Source: Octopus sinensis
Taxonomy: Eukaryota
DNA length: 64,000 nt
NCBI RefSeq assembly: GCF_006345805.1
Contig: NC_042999.1
Location: forward strand, 150,474,001-150,538,000
Direction of reading: 5' to 3'
The notes under the pieces are model-generated. The model was not told where the DNA came from and ran no database searches. It saw only the letters and a list, made by a program, of their open reading frames with translations. This document shows positions 22,743 through 35,904 of the stretch, in pieces. Within the stretch, counting starts at the first letter, position 1; every line of letters starts with the position of its first letter. Both the position numbers and the translations under genes were made by a program.

Positions 22743-22862
22743 TCTTCAGATGTCTCATGTTGAACTCGATTGTTGTATTGGAATTTCGAACCTGACAACC
22801 GAGTTCAACACAAGACACCTGAAGATGGCTGGAGTGTACAACAGCCAAAACATAGTTAAAGC
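22743..22862 (+). ncRNA. Decayed hammerhead-like motif within a long hairpin (old Penelope-like pLTR remnant)
   Basis: CTGAAGA-TGGCTG..CAGCC-AAAAC (G12 lost) at 22819-22851. The CTGAAGA is the 3' arm of a hairpin pairing with 22743-22768. Confidence 0.4.
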
Positions 22863-23471
22863 AACAATCAAAATGAGGACACCAGTCCAGCCGATATAAA
22901 CAGTACACATAACATCTGTTGTTCTTGTGAATCACTGCAATGATGATGTCCATGTTGTTCTGATTTATAATGTTTTTAACACAAGTCTAAGAAGAGATTT
23001 TGTCTCACATAATTTCGCAGCTTCATGCCTTCTAACAGCATGTGTACATTTAGTCAGTACCCTGTCACCACCATCTCCATCTTCCTTCCAGTTACTCTCA
23101 CCCTCCCTCTGCATAATGCAGGGTAGCTATGTATCTCCTTTATAGCAAGACACTTGTGCTTGTTCCTCTATCATACTTTAGCCTTCAGTGCCCATCATTA
23201 AACCACCTCTCTCAGACATACTCCAACTCATTGACAAGGATTTGTTTTCTTTTCTCCTTTCTTTGTCATGCAAATTACTTGGTGACCTCACTGATGCTGG
23301 TGCCACATAAAAAGCACCCAGTACACTCTCTAAAGTGGTTGGTATTAAGAAGGGCATCAAGCTATAGAAACCATGCCAAATCTGACATTGAGGCCTCACG
23401 CAGCTCTGCATCTCATCAGACCCTGTCAAACCATCCAATTCATCCATACCAGCATGGAAAATGGACATTAA

Positions 23472-23618
23472 CTGTCTAGCATTCAGATTACTCTATCAAA
23501 TGTAATGCTTATTTATTCACATCCTGTTCAGTGAATTATGCATCACCTCATAGATTCAAGATTTCAATAATATAATTGTTTATTTTTAAAATAACATTGT
23601 AGGGTAGGTGTGAAAGGG
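23472..23618. mobile_element. piggyBac-like MITE with TTAA target duplication
   Basis: TTAA at 23468-71 and 23619-22, 3' end AAAGGG. The insertion splits a SINE tail GGACA-TTAA-ATGATGAT, confirming the TSD. Confidence 0.75.
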
Positions 23619-23714
23619 TTAAATGATGATTGTAGTGATTTTAATTATATTTGTCGTTATTTTCTTTTTCTTCATTTGGTTTGATTCTCTTTTTTTTATC
23701 TCTTTCATTGCAGA

Positions 23715-24782
23715 ATGATTTCAGTAACAAGAAGCAGGATTAAAGACGGTGAAATATGGAGAGTGACAAGTGTTATTTTCCTTTATTGGATTGTATCTTT
23801 GTCTCTTATCTTTGTGAACAAGCACATTTTGAGCGGCAGCTTCGGGAACTATGACATGTCAATATTTGTAGCCTGGTATCAATGCTGCACGGCTTCTATC
23901 ATGATTTTCCTGGCTGGACTCGTGTTCAACTTCATGAAATGGTCTTTCCAGATTCCTACAGTTCACCCAAGGACGCTTTTGGAACAGGATATTTTGATTC
24001 TGTCCTATACCTTCGTCGGGGGTTTAACTTTAAACAATTTGATGCTTAAGCACATTAGTGTAGCATTTTACCAAGTGGCTCGCTCATTCACATTAGTCTT
24101 TACTGTTATGCTGTCAGTTTACATACTTTGTAAACCATTTACACGTAAAGTTCTTCTCTGTTGTTTCTTGGTGATTGGTGGGTTCTCACTGAGTGTGAAA
24201 GAAGAAGATGTTTCAGGTACCTTATCATTATGGGGTATCCTCTATGGAATTGTTGCTAGTTTTTTTGTTGCACTTTGTGGAATCTATCTAAAAAAGGGAG
24301 AGAAAATAGTTATGGGAGACACTTTAAAATTGACTTATTGCAATAGCATCAATGGAGCCATTATCTTCATTCCTTTAATATATAGCTCAGGGCAGTTATC
24401 TATGGTGCTTAATTCACCGACATTTTACGACCCATGGTTTTGGATATTTCTTACCTGTTCAGGACTGTTAAGTTTAGGCATTGGCTGGGCCAGTGCTCTT
24501 CAAATCAAATATACTTCCCCAGTGACCCATCACATAAGTATAAATGCAAAGTCAGTAGTTCAGACTATTATGGCTGTGTTGTACTTTCAGGAACAGAAAT
24601 CTTTTCTGTGGTGGTGTGGAAACCTCCTTGTTGTTTCGGGTATAATGGTTTACGCCTATGAAAAGATCTATTCTAACGAAAACGAGAAAGTCAGATCACC
24701 TTTACCACCAATTAGTTCAGGAAGTAGCCACAATAACGAAGACAAAAATGAACCATCGACTCCTCGAATGTTCTATCCTTAA
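23715..24782 (+). CDS. SLC35C1: GDP-fucose transporter 1-like nucleotide-sugar transporter (SLC35C/TPT family), 355 aa, single coding exon
   Basis: Intact multi-TM ORF with family motifs YWIVSLSLIFVNK, LNNL.LK..SVAFYQVARS and LQIKYTSP.THHIS..AK..VQT..AVLYF.E.KSFLWW. A polypyrimidine tract plus CAG acceptor (23711-13) lies 1 nt before the ATG, so an upstream exon is implied. Confidence 0.88.
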   Translation: MISVTRSRIKDGEIWRVTSVIFLYWIVSLSLIFVNKHILSGSFGNYDMSIFVAWYQCCTASIMIFLAGLVFNFMKWSFQIPTVHPRTLLEQDILILSYTFVGGLTLNNLMLKHISVAFYQVARSFTLVFTVMLSVYILCKPFTRKVLLCCFLVIGGFSLSVKEEDVSGTLSLWGILYGIVASFFVALCGIYLKKGEKIVMGDTLKLTYCNSINGAIIFIPLIYSSGQLSMVLNSPTFYDPWFWIFLTCSGLLSLGIGWASALQIKYTSPVTHHISINAKSVVQTIMAVLYFQEQKSFLWWCGNLLVVSGIMVYAYEKIYSNENEKVRSPLPPISSGSSHNNEDKNEPSTPRMFYP

Positions 24783-24788
24783 AATAAA
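24783..24788 (+). terminator. Possible proximal polyadenylation signal AATAAA
   Basis: The hexamer directly follows the stop; T-rich low-repeat DNA to ~28.6 kb could instead be a long 3' UTR. Confidence 0.25.
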
Positions 24789-25479
24789 TTAATTTGAAGT
24801 TTTATTACCTGTTTGATCAAATGGAGACTACCATATATTGCTTTCTTTTACAGCTATTTCATCAATGACAATTCTTCCTTATATTTAAAAAAAAGAAAAA
24901 AAAGACTGCATAAAAACCCTGTGTCATCTTTCCTGTTTCATTCTTTCATGAAATATGTATTTTTTTTTCTATTTTTCTTTGTTGAATTCACCTCCTTTTT
25001 CCCCCACCAAATTGTATTCCACACACGTTTTTAATGAACGGGTTTGTGTATGTGTGTGCATGTCCATACATACATACATACATACACATAGGCGTACACA
25101 CACACAGTAGGTGAGAGCTAGATATGCTCTATATAGAAAATATGTAGCATTGCTCAAAAGGATTTAGACTGAAACTTTGAATTCTTCATCCTGGGCAAGG
25201 CATGTGCCATCAAGAATGACTATAAGAAAAATCCAGATGAAGCTGATATGAAACAGTTAAACTTGAAAGAAATATATTTTCATGGAGTACAAAAACATAC
25301 AGAATGAAAGTACACTATGAGATTATGATAATTATGTAACTCTGGGCTTTCTGAAACAGCTGTTGAGTTATGAAATTACATATTTTCTTAGTCTGTGCTT
25401 TTATTCTGTATTTTCTTGTGCTCCATGTTAATCTATTTATATCAAACCCAACTGTGCTTATCTCCATTATTATCTCTAT

Positions 25480-25660
25480 ACATATAATATATGCATATAT
25501 ATGTATATATATGCATGTATATGTGCATATGTATATATGTATGTGTATATATATTTGTATATATATATGTATGTATGTATGTATATGTATATACATAATA
25601 GAACAACCAGGATAAACAGAACTCAATACATGCATATGTATATATATGTGTGTGTGTGTT
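25480..25660. repeat. Compound (TA/TG/CA) microsatellite
   Basis: Direct observation; source of spurious Y/I/M/C ORFs. Confidence 0.9.
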
Positions 25661-25789
25661 ATTTTCAAATGGCAGAAAGTTAGAAAACTTAACTGGTGAG
25701 TTGAAAGTTTTGTGCATGACATTTACCGAGTGATGAGTTTATACAACGACATGTTGGCTCTTGAGTCCCTTTGTCACTTCTGCCAATTC

Positions 25790-26145
25790 ACACGCACACA
25801 CACATATATAACATATACATGTTGTGTGTGTGTGTGTGGATGTATGTGTATATGTATGTATGTGTGTTTGTGTGTGTATATATATGCATGTGTATGTATG
25901 TATGTATGTATGTGCATATATGTATATATGTGTGTGTATGTACATACATGTATGTATATGTGGGTGTGTGTGTACATACATGTATGTATGTATGTATATA
26001 CATGTATGTATGTGTGTGTATGTACATGTATGTATATATGTGTGTATGTACATGTATGTATATATGTGTGTATGTACATGTATGTATATATGTGTGTATG
26101 TATATACATGTATGTATGTGTGTGTATGTACATACATGTATACAC
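25790..26145. repeat. Compound TATG/TGTA satellite-like tract
   Basis: Direct observation. Confidence 0.9.
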
Positions 26146-29100
26146 CCATAATCATGCACACAATTTATTTTTTAGGGAGATATTTTGTGTTTTTATTTTT
26201 ACTGCAATATTTGGATTTTTAAAAATAGAATTTAGTTTAGTTAAAAGGTAAACCAAAGAATTAGCTACTTCACAGACAATCAATATTAATTTATAATCCT
26301 TGCTAGTCTCATGATTTTTACAAAATATGCCGTGAAGCATTTTTAGTACACCACTTCTAGTTCTCATGTTTTACATTGGTTTTAAATTCAGCCATCGTAA
26401 GTTAATAATTTAGCTTTTATGAAAACAATCTTCAGACCTTTGACTATTAAGAAAAAGAATATCTTGTGTAATATTTCCCAAAGTTTCTATTTCTTTTTCT
26501 TAAGCTTGTTTGAAATACACTACAAAGGCTGTGTTTGAATCGGTCGTTTCAGTACGTACTGATGCTAGTTTTAGTTAACTTACTTCAGATTTCTACTGTT
26601 ATCACATACCTATCAACTAGCTCTTTGCTGTTTGTATAATTTCTCGAGAAACTATTTTCTGGGTTCTTTAACAACAAACAGCAACAACAGTGGTTTACTG
26701 TTTGCACGTTTCCACTGATTTCACAGCTCTCTGCTAAAACTCAGCAAGTACAATTAACTCTGCTAATAATAGACAAGTGTTTATTTTTGGAATGTTCTAA
26801 TGATATTCGCAGCCAAGGCACTATCTACTATAAGACTTTTATTATCTACAATTACACATTATTGTGACTGTCAGAGTGCAACTTGTTATACGGATGCAGC
26901 ATACGAGAAGGCTGTTGTCTGACGTCTTACTCTTGCCATCATGGACAAAGATATTTGCTATGGAGTGGACTTGAGGAGGAAGCAGGCAAGAATAGATATT
27001 CCAGCCGGGTGGAACACTTTGTTCATAGCACTTGTTCTTTTCACTCCAAATCAAAAACACAACAGTGTTAGTCTTTGTATGAATGATTTATCATCACAGA
27101 TGTACTTTTGTCAGACAAATACTTCTTTTATTATTTAGAAGAAACATTCACCGATTGTTAGTATTATCTAAAAACAAACTCTAGTTAAAGTACTTTCACA
27201 AATTCTTATACTTATCTAAATATTGTAATTGATTTCAGTTTTTTGTTTTTTGTTATGTGTATATTCATTTCGTGGGGGGAAAATTAGTCGTAAGCAGTTT
27301 TTTTTTATTACTGAAAAAACAAAATTTTTTCCATATTAAATTTTTGTAACTTATTAACTTTACCACCCAACATTAGTATCACAATAGTTTCCCTTTATCT
27401 TACTTATTCCTCCAACTGTGTTGAGGTCTTGCAAGCAGTACCTGTACATGCATTTATAAAAACAGTGTAACAACAAACATGCCGTACTTCAGCAGTTAAA
27501 ACCTTAATATTTGAAATCTCAGTGGCATGAACACTATGCAAAAGGAAATCTGGTGAACCTGAGTCTGTCTGCAAGACAAGTCTGTGATATTGAGTCCTGG
27601 CTAAAGCCATTTCATTTCACATAGTCTGGTAATGCTTTTGAGAAAGGCATCAAATTCACATACTCTCATTGCTCTCAATTTTTTGTCTTTTGTGCCTAAT
27701 TAAGAAATCTCTACATTTGAACTTCCATATACAAGTTGTATTTAAACACATCCTTACTTCATACACACACACACACACACACACAGTCAGTGTTTGACAA
27801 CTAACTATATCGTCCTATTCTTTGCTCTGACTAGTGATTATTTTAACTAATTAACTACTAATTATGGAGGGACAACGATTTGTAATATTCTTATCAAAAG
27901 TAAATACACTAAGACCTTTTTATCTTTTTTTTTATTTTTATTTTATTTTTTTTTAATAAACTATTTCACAGTGGGAAATTGCTTTGGATGCAATATCTCT
28001 TCTTCTTCCCCACCCCCACCCTCATTTATTTTTTATTTTTAAAATTTATTTTTCTTTTTTTTTTTTCTATCTCTTACTAACAATGGGAAATGTACTTCTG
28101 GTAAAGAAATTCCTAACTTTTGCATCTCCATTGGTTTGTATGGAACTAGACAGCTAATTTATTTAATTTTTTGTTTTAATTATCTATTATGTTTTGCTCA
28201 GTCTTGTTTCATCAAATCTATACAAGATCAACTAATTAATTGCCAGAAGACTTGAGGGTATTGTATAGTTTTTGTTGATTTTCTTTAACAATTGAAATGC
28301 TTGTTATTATGTGCTGATTTCTTTTGTTTATTTTTATTTAAAAAGATTTGGATGATTAAAAAAAAACTGTAAAATCAAAAAGAACTTTGTTAAACTTTGA
28401 AAAAAAAAAAAGATTCCTCTGTAGTTGTTTGATAAAATGTTTGACTAAACTATTTTGTCAGACATTTTTCATTGCTCAACCTTTATTTGCTTCTACATTT
28501 CTCTTTTTTTCCCCAAAAAACGTTTGTTGTTTTATCTAATTAAAAAAGAAATCTATTTTATATGAATTTTTATTTATTTATGTATGTCTTTTCTCTTAAA
28601 ACTGTGTGAATGATTTCTATTTATTCTTACCTTGTATCTTGAGAGTTCACCTAGACACCACCACATCAGCTTTTGATCTCTTTCCAGCTTCATCTTGGTC
28701 ACTCCCATCCTCTCTTTTAAACTGTAAGTAACCATGTAGCTTCTCTACAGCAAGGGAACCTGTTATCCTTGAGCTCCTTCTATCATACAGCAGCCCTTCA
28801 TCTCTTAGCATGAAGCCAACTTCTCGCGTTTCATAGTCTTGTGAGTTCCATGGCAACCTCACTAGTGCTGGGGGCATAATAAAAAGCACTCACAACATAT
28901 AGTAAAATAGTTGGCATTAGGAAGGGTATTCAGTCATAGAAACCATGCTGAAACAGACGCTGGAGTGAGCAACTGATGCTGGACTGGTTGGTGACAGGTT
29001 GTATGATTGCCAGCGAGGTGACTTTCCAATGTTTGGTTGAGTAGGAGTGTGACACAAGCAAGGAAGCCATGAGCATGAGTACAGGTGAAGCCAATTGAGT

Positions 29101-30797
29101 GCAGATCTCAGAGGTAGCAGCATATATTCTTTCCTACTCTAGGCACAAGACCTAAAATTTGGGGGAGGGTGCAGTTGATTAGATCAACCCAGTATGCAAC
29201 TGGTACTTAATTTATCAACCCCGAAAGGATGAAAGGCAAAGTCGACCTCAGCAGAATTTGAACTCAGAATGTAAAGACAAACAAAATACCACTAAGCATT
29301 TCGCCCGGCATGCTAACGTGTCTGCCAGCTCGTCACCTTAGATAGCAGCATATATTGAACAGACCTTGGAGACCTGCTGCAGTCCTTGAGCCTATTTCAT
29401 CCTGTCAAACTGTCCAACCCATGCCAGCATAGAACATGGACATTAAATGATGATGTTGATGAAACTTTGTTACTATATACTTCCTTTCTATCATGAATGG
29501 CAATCTTAGGTCCTATTTCTAGGATGGCATGGAAGAAGCCAAGTTATTCAATTATCAGTTTGTAATATATATATGTCTGGCAAAGAGATACTGATACAAT
29601 AAGTACTGGGGTTGATTTGTTGGAGTAAACCTTTTGAGGTGGTGTTCCAGCATGGCTGCAATCCAATGACTGACACAAGTAAAAAATAAAAGATAACTTT
29701 ACATCATCATCATCATTGTTTAACATCTACATTCCATGCTGGCATGGTTTGGACAGTTTGACTGAGGACTGGCAAGCCAGGAGGCTGCATCAAGCTTCAA
29801 TCTGATCTGGCAAGGTTTCTACAGCTAGATGCCCTTCCTAACGCCAACCACTCTGAGTGTAGTGGGTGCTTTTTACGTACCACCAGCACGGGGGCCAGTC
29901 AGGCGTCACTGGCATCAACCATGCTTGAATGTTACTTTTTACATGCTGCTAGAACGGGAACCAGTCAGGCAGCACTGAGATCAGTATTTAGCAAGTTCTC
30001 TAGAATAAGTTCCAGATCATCTTGGAATCTTACCTGTGATAGATAAGGCTGGTCTACTCTACTAGAAATCATTTATCCCTCATTCACTTAACGACATGAA
30101 ACTGGAGCTAACTGGCATTTGCCCTCAAGAGCCCTTTGGAACTTTGGACATGTTTCAAATTCTTCTAATATGGTATTCTTTAATTTGAAAATTCTGCTTC
30201 CAAATTAAAATGTTCAAACATCCACTTGCTATTGTTACTTTAGTCATCATTTTTAACATCTACTTTTCCATGCTCCTGTAGGTTGGACTGAATTTGTTAA
30301 GGTGGATTTTTTCTGCAGCAGGATGATACTCTTCTTGTTGCCAACCCTCACCTGTTCCCAATTAAAGTAAACATTTCTCCATAACCTGGCATGTTTTCGC
30401 TGAAGGTTGGAAACCACAGACACCACCTGCATAATGGTGATACTTATTTTATAAATATTATGCAAAGTCAAGGCAAGGAGACAGTAACATACAGACACAC
30501 ACACAATGGGCTTCTTGGCTTCTTTCAGTTTCTGTCTACCAAATTCAGTCACAATGCTTTGGTTGGCCTTGGGCTGTAATAGAAATTTATTCCCAAGGTG
30601 CCATGCAGTAGAACTGAACTCAAAACCATGTGGTTTGAAAACAAACTTCTTGTCACAGACATGCTTGTACCTATTGTCATTGTATTTACATAAAATCGAG
30701 GCCCAGGACTCTGCGAGATGTCCCAAGTAATTTAGCTACTTATAATTTAGATGAAGACATTGTAACCAACTTCATTATGTTTGTTTTTAATTTATAC

Positions 30798-30883
30798 CAG
30801 TGGTTCCCAACCTGGGGTGTGTGAAGCATATTAAAAGGGATCCATGGGAAAACTAATTTAAATAAAAGGGTTAGGAACCACTG
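30798..30883. mobile_element. 86-bp hAT (Charlie/MER20-like) mini-element
   Basis: TIR CAGTGGTTCCCAACC / GGTTAGGAACCACTG; 8-bp TSD ATTTATAC/ATCTATAC. Confidence 0.8.
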
Positions 30884-32599
30884 ATCTATACCAATGATGC
30901 TTGACCATTTTTTGCTTGTGGACCCCCTTTAATCCTTATTTTACTTGGATGGACCCTCATGACCATTAGATGCTTAAAAGAATCCTATAATTATATTTTT
31001 ATAATTAAATATTATTAGGAATTGTATAAAAAATTTTAATAAGTTGTGTATTTTAATTATAACCAATTTATTGCACATCAATTTTAACAATATTTGATAA
31101 TCAAATTCAATGGCATCCGTACAAGTGGAGCGCTAAGAGCACCATCCAAGCGTGATCGTTGCCAGAGCAACAAACTGGCTTCCATGGTGGTGGCATGTAA
31201 AAAGCACCATTCAAGCGTGATCGTTACCTGTGTTGCCTTACTGGCATGTGAAAAAACATTCGAGCAAGGTCGTTGCCAGTGCCGCTGGACTGGCTCCTGT
31301 GCAGGTGGCATATAAAAAACACCATTTGAGCATGACCGTTACCAGTATCGCCTGACTGGCCCTCGTGCTGGTGGCACATAAAAGCACCTACAACACTCTT
31401 GGAGTGGTTGGCATTAGGAAGGGCATCCAGCTGTAGAAACTCTGCCAGATCAGATTGGAGCCTGGTGCAGCCAACTAGTTCGCTAGACTTCAGTCAAATC
31501 GTCCAACTCATGCTAGCATAGAAAGTGGACGCTAGATGATGATTTGATATAGACACTGAGAACCACTGATGTAATACCTCTCAAACTATACCAACGAAGG
31601 AGCTCAATATACTAGAAGTAGCAACCAAATCTCCCTCATGTCCTGCTGCTTCAGAAATATAAAAAGGAGACATTGTATAATGTGGTATTAGATGTGATGT
31701 GTCTAATAATTTAAAAAATAAAAATGGTGTGATGGTCATTGCTGGAATGCTTTTGCTTGATTAGAGCTAAACTATGATTGAATAATAACTATCACAATAT
31801 CTTTCAGTTTACGCCTGTTATTCTGTCAAACTCCAACATGTTAAGTTTATAAAAAGATTTGTGAACTTATTCTACCACTATTTTAATATTGATCACCATT
31901 GTCAGTATCAGCATTATTGTTGGCTTCACATCCACTTTTCCATGCTTGAATGGGTCCAAATGGAATTCATTAAATGAAATTTCCCATGGTCAGATATTCT
32001 TCCTGTCATCAACCCTCACTTCTTTCCAAGCAATCTAATAACCTCTAATCTATACAGCAATGAAACAATTTCAACATAGGTATTAATCAAGCATACAACA
32101 TTGCTTGTATATGATAGCAAAGCTGTTGCTTTGTTTACAATCACTGAACAAATTAAGTCGAAGAGAAATCAATTATGCAAATATGAATGTGCACTAAAAC
32201 ACATGTTTTAACATGTGTGAGTGTAAGTATATGACAGGCCTCTTTGGTTTGTGGCAAAGGTGAGCACTGTTCATTGAAAAGTTAACTTTGATAACTGTTA
32301 ATTATTTCCAAATATAAAGGAAATTATCCATAAACTGTTAACATTAATTTTTATAGAAAAAAGCAAAAAATCAGTTTTTGCTTTAAAACCACCTAAAAAC
32401 ACCTTTAAAATGTGCCAAAACTATAAAATCCATTAACTTCAATTCAATTGAAGTTAACTCAGGTTGACTTGAGTTAATTAGTCTAATAATGATTTCCAAA
32501 GTTAACTTAACAAAAATGTTAATTTTGTTAATTAACGGTTTGGTGCACAGGTTTGATTTCTGTCTACCAACTTCACTCAATAATTTGTTGGTTTACAAC

Positions 32600-33330
32600 A
32601 ATGCATGTTCCAGTTGATCTGATCAGCAGAACAGCCTTTGGGGCGGAAATCCTAGAATCATATTCAGTGCGTAATCTTGGGATTGATATGAGGAGCGATG
32701 CCTCGTTTCACATGCATGTCACCAAGATGGTGGCAGTGTGCAGCCAGATGGATTCTGAGAACTTTCAGAACTAGGGACCAGGAAACTATGCTGGTCCTAT
32801 GGAGGACATTTGTTCTCAACTGTAGGATTAATAGCAGAACTTGAGGTGGTTCAGTGATACTACATGAGGAAGACTGCATCAATGGAACAGCTGAGCTACT
32901 GGAAGTGACTGAAAGAGCTATGACTCTACTCCCCAGAGCAAAAATGGGAGAGGTATCCAGTGATATATGTATGGAATATACTGGTGAGGTTGGCACCAAA
33001 CTCGGGAATTGAGAGTTAGACCAGACCTCGAAATGGATGTCACTGCACTGTTCCAATAGTCCCAGCTGTCCCATCTAGGGTGAGGACCATTTACTGCAAT
33101 AGCTTGGGATTCAAGGGTTCACAGTTATTTAACTCCTTGCCAAAGCATCTGAGGGATCTCTGTGGAGCAAGAGTCAATGTTTTTGAGAAACAACTTGGAA
33201 CTCTTACCATCCAAGATCCCAGATGAACCAATATCAGGGCAGGAAACACAAAACAGGAAAGCGATGCCGAATTCTCTCCTTCACCAAAAGCCAAAGCCAT
33301 AGAATTAGTCAATTAAAAGGTGATTACAAT
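32600..33330 (+). mobile_element. CR1-clade LINE 3' fragment (duplicate at 43885-44615)
   Basis: Frameshifted SVRNLGIDM..SF..HV.KMV / ILRTFRTRDQETML / ELEVVQ / ERY..IYVW.IL / NSLGFKG.QLFNSLPKHLR. Confidence 0.75.
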
Positions 33331-33474
33331 GGTGGTGCCCCAGCATGGCCATGGCCTCAAGGCTGTAACATACATATAAAGAATAGATGTCTATGTATGT
33401 ATAAGCATATATATGTATGTGTATATATATATAATATATTGTGTATATGGGTATGTATGTATAAATGTGTATAT

Positions 33475-34213
33475 AATAATAATAATAATGAAATTATTGT
33501 ATACAGTACTCAGGTGCACCACAACTTGTCAGAAAGTGCATATAAAGTATATGCAGTAATGTACAAATGTCTGGAAAGCGAACAGTGTATGAATCAGATA
33601 CATGCTTGTGTGTGTATGGAGGGGAGAAAATCAGGTGTAGTGTTGGTGAATCTCAGAAAGCATGGAAGTTTTGAAGGATGCAGTGCTCTGACGACTAACA
33701 ACTGATGCCAGCAGTTTGTTCCATGCTTCAGCAACTCTCAGCGTGAAAAAATGTTTCCTAAAGTCATGGGAGCTGTGCTGTTTTCTGACTTTGTAAATAT
33801 GTCCACGGGTGGAGTTTGAAAAGGTGCTCAGAGTTATTGTTTGTAAGATGGTTAATAATTTATGGGTGTCTGCCAAGTCAGCTGCCAGACGTCGGAGTTT
33901 CAATGTGTCCATGCCCAGGGAAGTAAGGCATTCAGAATATGGCAAATGCCTGATGGAGGGTATTCTTTTGGTTGCATGTCGCTGAACGGCTTCCAGACGA
34001 TTAATATCCTGGGCAAGATAGGGGTTCCAGACCGGTGATGCAAATTCCAGGTGAGGTCTTACCATAGCTATATAAAGCCGCAGGTAGATAGCCAGAGAGC
34101 GGCTCACAAAGGACTTGGTGAGTGATGCCAAGACATCCTCAGCCTTCTTGGCAATTTTAGCGATGTGTTTTGTCCAACGCAAATCGCTGTCGACAATAAC
34201 ACCCAGGTCACGT
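33475..34213 (-). mobile_element. CR1-clade LINE 3' end (duplicate at 44758-45497)
   Basis: RDLGVIVDSDLRWTKHI..VRPHLEFASPVWNPYL..DINRLEAVQRHATK..LKLRRL..TRGH..FFTLRVAEAWNKL; short (TAA)n tail. Confidence 0.9.
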
Positions 34214-34220
34214 ATGTATA

Positions 34221-34334
<114 letters not shown>

Positions 34335-34338
34335 TGTA

Positions 34339-34369
<31 letters not shown>

Positions 34370-35904
34370 GTATGTGTGTGTGTGTGTGTATATGTATATG
34401 TGCTTCCCGTTTTGTTAAGAAAAGACGTGCTCTTTTGTGTTTCTGAAACAACCAAGAGGGATTCCAAAATCGATGAAAAAATCTACTGAAACTGACAAAA
34501 AACGTAGTACTTGTTATTTCATAACGGTCTTCTATAATATATCAGTAAAAAAAAAACCCCTAATATATTACACTAAAAGTTTAATATAGTACCTTAAAAT
34601 CAGTGACGCAAGCTCCCTCTGTCATGCTATCATCCCACACCCACTTTCTCTTTTTTCATATCACCCTCTCTCTTTCCCTGTCCCTCCCTCTGTATTTCTT
34701 CTCTACCTCCCTCTCTGTCTCACTTCCTCTCCGCCCCCTCTGGTAAAAAAAACACGTGGTGATAAATCGTACTTTCATTTGCTGCCGCGTGTAAGAAGAA
34801 AAAATTGTTTTTGAAAGGAAACTTCGTACAAGAACAAGGATTGGAATTTGACCTCTTGCGAATAAGTATCCTACTCATTTTGTTTATTATCTTTTATCTT
34901 TGGTAATACCAGACGAAAATTTGAGTCAATTAAGACTTATCGTTTGTTTACATTCTGAGAATTTATGGTGAAACTTTTTCTCTCTCACTATAATTTTTCA
35001 TTCAACTTTTCTTAAAGTGACCTTTTCGTTTTACATTCTATTTGAAAAATAGAACTCATTATGAAACCCCTTTCTTTTCACTATGGTTTTCTTTTTTTCA
35101 CTTTTACAGTACCTATAAAAAAAAAAAAAATAAAAATTCTCCTTTTTAAAGCCTAGTGAGACTCATGGGCCCGGTTTCCCGATTTCAATGGCGTATGTGT
35201 TCCCCAGTTGGACGGGACACCAGTCCATCGCAGCATTACTCGTTTTTGCCAGCTGAGTGGACTGGAGCAACGTGAAATGAAGTGTTTTGCTCAAGAACAC
35301 AACGCGTTGCCCAGTCCAGGAATCGAAACCACAATCTTACGATCATGATGCTGATACCCTAACCACTAACCATGCACCTCCCTATCTAGATTTATAAATT
35401 TGTTTTTGCTTTCCTACATATCTTTGTTACCTGTTCCCCTTCTCTCTTTCATACCTATCTCTTCTTCCTCTCTCCTCTCCTCACATATATTCCTCCCTTT
35501 CCTGCTTCTCTCTCCTCACACCTACCTCTCTCCCTATCTCTTCCTCTTTTTCTCATATCTCTCCCTCCCTTTCATATCTTCCTCCTTTTCTCACTTCTCT
35601 TTCCCTTCCTTTGTCTCTTTCAACATCTATCTCTACTCCTGTCTCCTCACTCTCTTCCTCATATACTTCTCATTTTCCCTCTCTTCTCACTCCGTCTCTC
35701 CCTTTCCCTCACATCCTTCATTCTTTCTTGTCCCTCCCTCACTCCGTCTCTCTTCCCCTCCACTCCTGCACTCTGTCTCTTTCTCTTTTTCCCCTACTCT
35801 CCTCACTCTGTCTCTCTCTCCCTTTCTTCTACCTCCCTCTGTCTTGCTATCACCTCACACCCCTTTCTTTTTTTCATCTCACCCTCTATCTCTCACTTCC
35901 TCTC

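Noticed and set aside
22306-22953. 215-aa minus-strand ORF antisense and upstream of the transporter
   Set aside because: AT-rich with no recognisable domain; it overlaps a decayed repeat remnant and is probably a chance ORF.
27404-27610. 68-aa minus ORF MALARTQYHRL...
   Set aside because: No homology recognised and it lies in the probable 3' UTR/intron region; insufficient support.
30033-30200. Exon-like island (open frames of ~36-39 codons on both strands, minus CAG|GTAAG)
   Set aside because: Splice phases and stops could not be reconciled with other candidates and the peptides are unrecognised.
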